From the NCBI GenBank assembly GCA_964252035.1, contig OZ176214.1: 64,000 nt of DNA. One strand, given 5' to 3'. The translations under genes and the position numbers were made by a program. The first letter of the stretch is position 1. Each line of letters opens with the position of its first letter. The stretch comes from Podarcis erhardii (lineage: Eukaryota). The notes under the pieces are model-generated. The model searched no databases. It was not told the DNA's origin and saw only the letters and a list, made by a program, of their open reading frames with translations. This document shows positions 49,037 to 59,794 of this stretch, in pieces.

Positions 49037-52000
49037 ATAAGAACTATATGATAACATTTAGCAAGAGCTCAGATCGATTGGACCCCAGACATTTTGCCAT
49101 CCCAAGGGGCTATATTATACGATTTGAGGACAGTGTCCTAGAATCTTTAATGGTGTCACAAAGCTTGCACTGACATACCCCTCAAAAATATTCTTCATCC
49201 CCAGTAATTTTGCGTGTTGATTATACAATTAAGACTAAAATGCTTGAGATAATACGATGTTGGAATAGTATGTTATTTCTGACACAAGAGGCACCTTCTA
49301 GGAACCTCCCCCCACCCATTGAAAAGCACTCTGCCTTTTGTGCAATTTTTCGGATACCCTTTTTGTTTTAGATATTTTTTCATGGGGAGATCAGAGAGAA
49401 AGTACCACCTCAGCTTACAAATCTGTGTGTGCATGTATATTATAGATAGATAATGCACACCATGTGTACAGCAGCCTGCACTTACTCCCATTCCTTTGTA
49501 TTTGGCTTTCAGGTGGTAGTTCTGTTGGGAACCTTTTTGAAGACCAGACCTGATGCAGTTTCAACACAATTTTTTTATTTCAGTTGCCCAGCATCCTTGT
49601 AATAATGATGCTGTCACATAGCCAATCACATTTGGATAGGCAATACGACTTCAGAGGCCAAACAAAGCTAATTGGGATTGAGAGCAATGTTTCTGTTCCC
49701 TCTGAATTAGCTTCAGTTGCCCTTAGTTAACATTGTCACATAGCCAAATCTGATTGGATACATGACAGTGTCACACTTGGATCAAAAAAGTTTCACAAAC
49801 AAATAGACACAAAAGGGGTAAGGTTAGGCATTCTTTCAGGAAACTTATTTCACCTGAAAACCCACTTTTCACACTGAAAATATTGTTTGGATAATATGTG
49901 GCTCAGTCCTAATATCCTGTTATATCCCGTTATATATCCTGTGACTATTTATATAAGTCGTAGCCTGCAAGTGGTGGCTTGGTATTTCATGAGACATTTC
50001 ATGAGAGCTCTTACCTTTGTTATCTTCACAACGGTAGAGTTTTCAAAACAGGAAAAAAGAATTGTGGGTAATCTTATTTATGCAGTTTTAAGGACTACAA
50101 ATTACTATGAATTATATGTTTGAGGGAGAACATTTTGTAATTTAAACAAAGATTCTTCTATGAGTCTTTGCAGAATTCTTTTTAAGTGACAGAGCTGATG
50201 TTTGGAAAGCTAAAGTCAACACTGCAAGAGATTAATCTACTTCAGATCCCATAGTAAAAGAAACAGGTTATACTTCGTCTTTACTAGCATATGTATTTAC
50301 TAGGGTTATATTAAAATTTCTTACTAAGACAAATGGAAATCCCCACGGCCATAAAATATCATAAAGGTATTTTCTGTGCCCAAACATTAAATCTATTTAT
50401 CCTAAAGATATTTTGTTTGTTTGCTTGTTTTGCTATGCTAAAAGGCAAAGAGCTATACAATAGCAATTTATCAGTGCAGAGTATGCAGGTGGCACAATGC
50501 AATGTTTTATGGGAAATTACATTGCGCTTTAGAGAGAAGCTAAAAAAACAAACCCACTAAGCATTCTGGTCCATTAAATGTGATCTCAGCTAGGTGTTTT
50601 TTTTGGGGGGGGGTGTTTGTTTTGAAGGCGGGGAAAGGAGGATTGGGCAAGACACCTTCAATATGTTCTTCTCTCTCAGTAAGTGTACCCCCTCACTACT
50701 ATTGTTGCCTGTTGTTGCTTCTCATCTGCTTCATCAGTGCCATCCCATGATTGCTTGCTAGACAAAGCCAATAAGAAAGCAGACAGTGACAGCTACTGCT
50801 CATAACTGTTGTTTGCTTGCTTATCCACTCTGAGCCAGAGCAAGAGGCAGGTGCAGAAGCAGGTTGCAGTGACAAAGAGATGGAACAGGTCCAGGTGATT
50901 CTAATCAGTTGACTCTGTGCTGGGGTGTGGGCATTCACCAGGTGCCCACCAATGCCAGCCTTGATTCTCCACCACTTCTCTCGGGCAGCCACTGCTAATT
51001 TGCCTGCTTGCTGTCTCCCAAGCTAGCACACACCTGTTGTCATTAACTCACTGTTTCTCTACAATTTAACTATAGTTTTCAGAAACATCAGTTGTTGACC
51101 TAGCAAGCAGGACTGCCATAGTATGTTTCTGTGCAGAAGATATTTGTGTATCATAGGCACTTATTGGAATGTGTGGATTATATCATTGCTGAGTTTCTTG
51201 CTCAATCTTTCCTGTTTACCTACACTACTTCTGCTCTTTGGAGGTTGTTGATCTACTTTGTATTTCGCTGACACTCTGGCTTGACTAACAACTCAGCTAT
51301 ACCCCAGCACCAAGGCAGGCTTTTATGTCTTAGAGGCGTATTTCAGCATATAGCTACTATTATTGCTGTACTAAGAGAGGGGTGCAATGTCTCTGGAAGG
51401 CCCTATGCTGTACTGAATCAGAGTCCATTGCTGGTTTAGATGCAGCCACTTCGAGGTTCCATTTCCCATGGTGCACATTGAAAACATACAGAAAATATCT
51501 AACAAGAGTTCAGAATGCACACCTTTAATGCCTGAACAATTAATACTCAGGTAAGAAGATAATTGTACAAAGTTTTAGAAAGCTTATCAAAATTAAATCA
51601 GCCTTAGTAAGTCAGGAAAACATGTATTTCACAGATATAACAAGCTCAAAGCAAAGATAATCAATCTGCCCAGCAATTCCCACTTCACTCCTAACATCAA
51701 CAAAAGCAGATCATGGTTAAATAAATGTGATCGCAATCACATTTAAGGATAGATGGAAACCTAAGTTAATACCCAAGTATTTCAATATATATATGTCATA
51801 AATTGGTTGGGCAACTGGGTACCAGTTTTTGGAGGGTTTTTCTCCATAATAGTTCACAGGCTGAGTAGTGTATCAAAATGTTTTGGCCCAATTTTCATAA
51901 GCAGCAAACCTTCATACCCAAATGAATGAGAATTCATGAAAGACCTAGTGTTTAGCCATGTGGTATTTTTCCCTGAAAAAATAAACCTGAGTCTCTGACC

Positions 52001-53045
52001 ATTTATGAACATACCAGATTGCAGTAGGCAGTTCATTAGGGTATTATTCCCTTTTTCTGGGAATAATGCAGAATGCAAAGCTGTAATGGGTGTTTTCTGT
52101 GCAAATGTCCTTTAAAAAAAATCACACAGTGACAGCAGTCAGTTAAATTATGCTGGACACCCAACCGCTAGGTGCTAGTTCATTTGTAGTTATATAAAGT
52201 TGCCACTTATTTTATAATACATTCTGTCATAGCTAGAATGTAGAAAAAACCTGGTTTGATATCTAATCTTAATTTTGTAGAAGTTGTAATTGTGACAAAA
52301 GTATTCTAATTATAAATACTCTAACTAGTTTCCCATCTTATTGTAGATACTGTAAGTTGTCAGACTATTTCACATTCTCCTTCTTTCCCATTTCCCCTAA
52401 GCAACATTGGCCTTGGCATTTTGTTATAGTGAGAGTTCCTAGATGTTGGGTTAGGGGCCACCACCAGAAGATCACTGAAGTATTTTGTTTGTGTCGGTAG
52501 ACTTTGATCAGCTAGCAATATAATGGTGCAAATTCAGGGAGCTTTCTGAATGTTTGCTATCCTGGTGAAAGTTTGGAACCATAGATGACTCAGTAGTAGA
52601 TGCTTATGTAAAATATTTGGAGCCTGTGAGCTATAAAGCAGTTTGCACCCAAACTATACAGTGCTTTGCTTCTAAACAAAGGGCTACAGGGACCAGTCTT
52701 TAAATCATCCACTTTGGCATAGAGCTCTGCTTCTTAATGATAGAAATGTGCTAGCAGGTGCACATAGCTGGTAGAGAGGAAAGGTCACTCTGTACATGAT
52801 CACAAGAGCTCTTTTCTTTACAGTTGCTTCATATATAGCTGAAGTTTAAATTTGATTCTTCTTCTAATAATAATATAGAAGATAATCACTCATATCATAT
52901 TCATCAAAGAGAGGGACTTAAGACAGTATTAACATATTATAAATCTCTAGACATTTGAGTAATTGTATTCCACATTGCTATATTGGACTAGTTCCTTGTA
53001 CTGTCAGTCTTATTAGTATGAAAAATAGCATTGCTGCTTTCTTGC

Positions 53046-53107
53046 AAAAAAAAAAAAAAGAAAGAAAGAAAAGAAAAGAAAAGAAAAGAAAGGAAAGGGA
53101 AAAAAGG
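53046..53107. repeat. A-run / (AAAG)n / (AAAAG)n purine tract
   Basis: Poly-A decaying into AAAG and AAAAG units. Confidence 0.85.
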
Positions 53108-55070
53108 CACCTGGTTTGCTCTCCCTTGATGACTTGGATTTCATTAGTAAGTTTCTCCATCCACAATGGCAATTTGCCAAAAAATACTGTACCAGAGATA
53201 TATGAATAGAGTTGTATTGTTCTACCACAGTTTTGTTATCACAAATCTGGCAGCAAGTAACATGAATCTAATAAAATTCTTAAATACAATGCTACCCCAG
53301 GCTCAAACAGTGAAAATAGCTGACTAAGTTTTTTTAGCAACTGTTTGCCTAGTTGTGGTGTTGACCTCCTTAAGTACCTCATCCCAGAATCTTACTACAT
53401 GCAGACACTCCCAGCACAGATGAATATAAGTACCCTGTCGATAAGTGCTGAGTATTGTTTTGTTCTGCTGGAGCTCAAATTAAATATTTAAGGAATGACA
53501 AATTATGTGAGGTACTTTTAATGACTTTATAAAATCATTTTCTCTCCCATCCTGACACAGCCTTTGTTGTCACCCTAATTCCATGTAGAATGGGTTCTTG
53601 TAAAAAAATTCAACAGGGGTTAATCTCCCAGGTACTCATGCATTTTGCACTCCAGTGTGCATAAAAGCAGAAGGGCTCAAGAGCCAAATAAGATTTTTGC
53701 AAGACAAAGTTCTAGATGGAACTTGCTGTAGAGTATGTGGAAACACTCCTCTTAAGACAGGAGAAAAATAATTATATGAGGCCACTTCATTGTGTTGGAT
53801 ATTGTAAGGAGTAGACAGATAGATATTTTTTAATGTTAACTATCATAACAAGCATATCGTACTCCTCAAATGTGAAACATGGTCTGGCATTTAATTATCC
53901 AAAATAATTAACCCCCAAAGTGACACACACACTTTGTTACTGAACCCTTGTGTGGCAGAAGCAGTCCTGTTTTTCTGTGTAATTTAAACTATGCAGGTAA
54001 ATGCAGCCCCCTTCATTTGGTTGAGAGCTCCTCCAGCTCATTTCCCACTTGCTGAGGAGTGGTATAGATGCCCCAAAAGACAGGGATCATTGATTAATTC
54101 TGCAAGGGCATTGTTTTGAAATGGTACCGAATGCCTTCAGAAACTTTAAAGGATTACCTATCCCAAACTTTGTATGCTTCCTCTTTGAGATCGCTGACAA
54201 AAGATGGCAGGCCCTATAACTGCCCCTGCAACCTTTGTTTCTGAGATAAGCAGGAAGTTATCAGCATTTTGTTAGAAATGTTAGCAAGCTAAACCCAAAT
54301 GTTACATTTGTTCTTACTCCCCTTTAACAGTGGCCTCACTTTATTTTCTTTTAAGCCTATCCATGCTGAAAGATGTGTTAACATTTTCTGCTTTCTGTTT
54401 CATGTGTTAAGAACTTTGCAAAATAAGAGCTTTCCAACACTGTTTGATCATATCTTGCTTGCTTCAGATTTCCCACTTGGCATCTATTGCAAAAGTTGTT
54501 GCGAGGACTATTCCCAGCTCTACTTAGCTTGGACTTTTAAAAAAATGAGTTTTCACTTAAACATGCAAACACTGTGATATTCTAGGAGCTGCTACTTAGA
54601 GGAACTTTCTGTATCTTTGATCAGTGCGTCAAAGGAAAGTAAAGACCAGCTTCCTGGGTTGTAATACAATAGTCCTTTCAAATAAGTGACACAAAGTGTA
54701 GAGGATTTTGCTGTGTTATATTTAGGAAGGAAAAATTATTTTGCACATAAACAATCAATACTGTATTGTGATGGACTGGTTGTTGCTGATTTTACTTTAA
54801 GAAATGCTTAGAACCTTGGCACATCAACTAAATTAACAAACATTCATTTTGATATTTTTTAAAAAGTCTATGCATATCTAGTAACATTTCAATGTTTAGA
54901 TGAATTCATTTTAATAAGAAAACCACATTTCAAGATTTCTAACTCAAATTTATCAGCCTTATCAAAAATCTGGCATTGTTCTTCTAAATCAAGAGCACTT
55001 TTGAAATGACTTTGCAGCTAGCACTGAAAATATAAATATATGTTAAATGTGACACATCTCAAATTCTTAC

Positions 55071-55625
55071 CCTGTTTCCTTCTGGTTTCTCTCTTCAATC
55101 TTGAGACTTGCTTTAAAGATAACAATAAAAGATTCACTGACTAGATCATCCAGAGAAATAGTGACATCACTGATTGCAGCAAAATAAATGCATTCATTCG
55201 CGATGAGGGTTATCTAGTTTCTGTTGCATGAAAAGCTTCTTGCATTTGGTACTGTGCTTGGACGGATAACATAAGAAGGCTATTGCAGTCCTGTTACTTC
55301 CTTATTGTTTAAATTCTTGTTCCTTTAACTTGCTTGCTGAATCAAAGCCGTCGGTCCCCATGCTATGGACACTCAGGGACAATAGGCTGCAGCACCGACT
55401 TGCTTTTCAGGAGCTCTGCCTCTTTGCATTTCAGTTTTGAAGCTTTCAATCCATCATTTCAAGCGAAGCTAAAACAGCCCTATTTGAACTTCAGCTTCTT
55501 TGTGGTGGATTTACATGCTGGAGGAGGGGGGGAGATAATCAAGCATGCGGTAAGCAGACAAGTTCTGGTTGGATAAGCTCCGCTTCCCCCTCCCACAAGG
55601 GCAAGGGATCCACCAGCAAGAGACA
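55071..55625 (-). other. ANGPTL2: Probable non-coding exon 1 (5' UTR) of ANGPTL2; 5' boundary approximate
   Basis: Strong donor CAGG|gtaaga at 55071/55070. Minus-strand blocks GGATCCCTTGCCCTTGTGGGAGGGGGAAGCGG, CCAACCAG and CATGTAAATCCACCACAAAGAAGCTGAAGTTCAAATAGGGCTG resemble the human ANGPTL2 5' UTR as I recall it. Not aligned. Confidence 0.7.
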
Positions 55626-55720
55626 TATTCAGGGCCTCCCCTTAACCACAAACAGTAGAGGGCTGGCTGAAGCCAAACTTTTACCCGGTGATGTCACAGC
55701 TCTCCACAGCTTGGAGAAAT
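55626..55720 (-). promoter_or_regulatory. Candidate ANGPTL2 proximal promoter with a CRE/ATF-like site
   Basis: Directly upstream of the inferred exon 1. TGATGTCA (one mismatch to CRE TGACGTCA) at 55689-55696. Position and motif only. Confidence 0.35.
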
Positions 55721-56085
55721 CTAAATGTGCAGGAGACTGCCTCCCTGGACTTTGTCAGAGAGCAATGCTGAAAAGCTACAGACGGCTTTAGATATGAATG
55801 CTGCATACAGCTTTAGCCGCTTCTGTTCAAGGCAGGGTGTAGTTCTCTGGGATTATGTAATAGATTTTTAACTAACCCCCCACCTAAAAAATAAAAGTGG
55901 GTTTTATTTAGTGTGTGTGTGTCTGTGTCTGTGTGTGATCTGAATAACTGTGACTCATTCTTTATAATTGAGTGTAGAACTTGCATTATAATACATAGAA
56001 ATGAGATTAATGGCTAAGCATTCACTATTTTCATTGTAATTGGGCTGGATGTTTGTGCTTTCTCCCTCATCCCACCCCATGCATT

Positions 56086-56090
<5 letters not shown>

Positions 56091-56154
<64 letters not shown>
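56091..56154. repeat. Compound (TC)n(AC)n microsatellite
   Basis: Directly visible. Confidence 0.95.
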
Positions 56155-56481
56155 TTTTCAACTCTCTGTTTTTCCCTGCATACCCACATGCCCTTCATTT
56201 TCCTGGAAGTGCAACATAATTATCCTGCAAATTTGCCCAGGGGGCCGTTTTTAACTACTCCTGCCCCTAGGGGAAGCAGTAGTCTCAAAACTTGAGAGAA
56301 CCTGCTTATTGGTCCAGACCCAGGGGATGAGATTTACCTGTTACAACTATGTACAAGTTGCTACACAATTTTTGTAGAAAGGATTATTGCATTGCTTGCA
56401 TGATAGACTATATGTGTTTTAGGTTCTTATCCCATCCTAAGTGAGTGGTGCCCAGTGCGACCCACCCCCAGCTACGCTGTT

Positions 56482-56599
56482 TCACATGACCCAGAAAGCT
56501 GTCTGTGGATAAACACTGGCTCCTCTGCCTGAAGTGAGATGAGTGCTACACCCCATAGTCGTCTTTTGTTGGACTTAACTGTCCAGGGGTCCTTTACCT
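56482..56599 (+). mobile_element. Sauria SINE 3' fragment
   Basis: cacatgacccagaaagctgtctg...gagatgagtgc...ggacttaactgtccaggggtcctttacc is homologous to the 3' third of the other copies. Confidence 0.8.
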
Positions 56600-58496
56600 A
56601 TTCATTGTGCCCCTATGTGAAGTCAGCTGGCTTTTAATGTACTTCAGATTGCATGTTAGTGGCTGCCTGCTTTGTCATGCAAATTCTGGGACCAATTTCA
56701 AACTGTTAACTGATTTCCACACCTCGCACACTGACATTAACCTTAGGCATGGAACTATGTTAGCAATGCTTCTAAGTGCACATTTGTCATACTGAAAAAA
56801 TGTAAAGTTCTGGAAAATGTTTCCCTTATCTGTCTGTCTTTGAAAGGCACTTGGTTGAGAATAAAGCGGGAAAGATTTACTGAAGAAAGTACCAAGCTTT
56901 TTGAATCCTTAGGTTCATAGTTCATACCTACTTTCCTGGATGATCAGTGTTGATCTGTAGCAGCAATACTTTGATTTGTATTGTGGTGATTACAGTGAAA
57001 ATTTGTGGGCTGTGGACTTTCAGTTTGCTGCAGATCGCATGCAACAACCTCTCTGGATAATGGTCCCTTTGCCCACCTGGCCCTCTTTTCAAACTCAACT
57101 TTAATGTCTTTCATACTTACACTTACTAGACACTTTATTTTTAAAAAATGTGTAGACATCGTACAATACATTCTAAACATGACAATTATACAATAAAAAT
57201 CAATAACAGGATAAAAGTGAGGTTAAGACTATCAATGGCTAATGACCACAATAGCTATGTTCTGCTTCCACTGTCAGAGGCAGCATACCTCTGAATACCA
57301 GTTGCTAAAATTTGCAAGTGGGAAGAGTTGCTGTTGCACTCAGCTCCTATTTGTGGGCTCCTCATAAACATCGGGCTTGACCCCGGTGAGTATGGGATAC
57401 CAGACTAGATGGGCTGATGGGATTGTCCAGCCGGGCTCTGGATAAAACCCTGCACAAAGCTTCTAATTAGAAAGCAGAGATACGGAGATGGTTTGAGATG
57501 TTTTTCTTTTCTGTATATTTCCTTTCTGGGGAAACTCTTCTAGATCTCTCTGAGAATGGAAACCATATCTTTGGCATGAATATGTATGCTTCAGTCATAT
57601 TTAAATTACAGAATAATCTTAGCTGCCATGATAATCTTTGATCAGTTGGTAATTGTTATAGTTAAAATTCTTGACCCATGTGTTTAATTAGCATGAGTTC
57701 TCACTATAGGTATATTAAGCAGCAGGCTGGCTGGTGGTGACTAGAGGGCTTGAGAGGCGTTATTTCCCCATTCTTAAACTCCATAGCTCTTAAGCGCCTC
57801 TCGGCTTGTGAACAAGGAGAATCTCAAAGTGTACCTATGAAAAACTCCTGGCTGTATTCTGGTCAGGCATTTCAATGTGGAAAAACAGTTCAAGGTAACG
57901 GAACTGTACATTTTTCCAAAAAGGAAAGGATATTGGTGATCTTTCCAATGTTTATGATACTATCTGAGGAAATTTCATATTAGTAGAACTTGGCTGTACC
58001 CCAGTAGTTGCTTGCTACCGATGGTAAGTGATTTTGCAGGGTTCATTTGATTGATCACTATTCATCTTTGAGAAATTACAATTCACTGACAATTTGTGAA
58101 ATTGCAAAACCTGCCACCCCATAAATCTCATGCATTTGGGTTCATTTTGTTTGTATCTGAAGTCTAGGCTACAAAGCACAAATAATCTGGATGGAGCCAA
58201 TACGTGGGCCTGTGGAGATTATATGTAGCCTTTCCAGATGAAATCTGTTAAGCCCCAGCATTGACTGCTTTTTAAAAGAAGATCCGGAAACCTGTGGCTT
58301 TCAGTTGTTTTTGGACTCCAGTTCCCTTCGGCCCCAGCCAGCCTGGTCATTGATACTGGTAGCAAAGAAGTGGGTGATAGAAGCTGTAGACTGGCAACAA
58401 TTGGAGGGTCATGGGTTCCTTATACCTGTGGTTTCATGAATTGTTTGTTGCTTTTGCAGCTTGTTGAAATTTTTGGCTTCTCATTCAAATTATTAT

Positions 58497-58498
<2 letters not shown>

Positions 58499-58545
<47 letters not shown>

Positions 58546-58546
58546 T
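58499..58546. repeat. Compound (CT)n(GT)n microsatellite
   Basis: Directly visible; abuts the MITE at 58551. Confidence 0.95.
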
Positions 58547-58550
58547 ATAA

Positions 58551-58808
58551 TACAGTCATACCTCGGGTTGAATATGCTTTGAGTTGAGCATGTCCGAGTT
58601 GCACTCTGTGGCAACCCGGAAGTAACGGAGCGCGTTACTTCCGGGTTTCGCCGTTTGCGCATGCGCAGACGGTCAAAATGACGTCATGCGCAGAAGCAGC
58701 AAAAAGCGACGTGCGCATGCGCAGACATGCCGTCGCTAGTTACGTTTGCTTCTAGATGCGAATGGGGCTCCAGAATGAATCCCGTTCGTATCTAGAGGTA
58801 CCACTGTA
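58551..58808. mobile_element. pogo/Tigger-like MITE, CpG-rich
   Basis: TA-CAGTCATACCTCG...GAGGTACCACTG-TA; internal palindrome aacccggaagtaac-ggagcgc-gttacttccgggtt. Confidence 0.82.
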
Positions 58809-59168
58809 ATCATCATTCCCTCTGAAACAGGTGTAGTGGTCTTAGGCCACGGTGCATAATGCAGCCCTCTGGGCTTCTCTTTCTGGCCTTCAGGACTATC
58901 CCCAGACGAGACTGTTCACTGGTCCTGCTCTGACAGAACAGCAGCCCTCAGGTGCTGTTGCCTGGATAGAATGTGTCCTTGAATTGTGGTGATGGGGCTT
59001 GCCTGGGTGGAGCGGGGTATGTGGAGATGCTTGTTTATAGAAAGCTCTGAATTCTTTGTGGCTGTAATGTAGCCTATTATACAAAGTTGCATCCATTACT
59101 CTGCCCACTGAGTCATGCCCACCACTATCATGCAGCTCTGGAAGGTTTCCCAGCCCTGCTGCAAAAAA

Positions 59169-59794
59169 TACAGGGTGATTCATAATGAAGCATACAGTTT
59201 AAACACACTATAAAAAAAGAAGAATGTAATATATATTATGTTACCTGTAGGGGAATGTTTAAAGTTTTTTTTTTAGAAACAGTCACAGATGTTCTATGTG
59301 TGCACCCTTTGTCATATGGCACACATCCAACCAGTAATCCACTTCTACCCAAACGCAACTCACCCTACATGTTGATTTTCCTGGGCTTCATTGAATGGCG
59401 GTGCAAAAACTATTGACGACTTCTTCTGATATACACGGTCGTCCAGGACTTCTGTTTGCACAAACAGCCTGTAGTTTCAGTTTTTTTATGACAATAGTGG
59501 ATACATTTTCTGCTTGGAGGTTTTTTTTCCAAATTGCGATCTAAACTGCACAACAGTTACAGATTCCGTTTTGCTCAATTCAAGAACACAAAACGCATTC
59601 TCCATTACAGACGCAGCCATTTTGCCTGACCTGTCACATGACACGTGCACTATCGCCTGCGTCATTTCCCTCAGTAGCAGAACACAAACTTTATGAGTAC
59701 ATCTGCCTCACGGTTCACAGTTGTGGTCCATGTGTTGCCTTTTAGTGTCTTACAGCATCTGGAAACTGTATACTTCATTTTGAATCATTCTGTA
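59169..59794 (-). mobile_element. Internally deleted Tc1/mariner transposon with a degraded N-terminal HTH (DUF4817-like)
   Basis: TA TSDs. 30-bp TIRs cagggtgattcataatgaagcatacagttt and cagaatgattcaaaatgaagtatacagttt (4 mismatches). From ATG 59620: MAASVMENAFCVLELSKTESVTVVQFRSQFGKK/PPSRKCIHYCHKKTETTGCLCKQKS/PGRPCISEEVVNSFCTAIQ*SPGKST (/ = frameshift). Confidence 0.85.

Noticed and set aside
58896-59183. 95-aa His-rich ORF between two transposons
   Set aside because: No domain similarity recognised, and it starts inside the mariner TIR.
59612-59664. E-box cluster as an ancient host conserved non-coding element
   Set aside because: It lies inside the TIR-bounded mariner, directly upstream of the transposase ATG. 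It is kept only as a possible exaptation.
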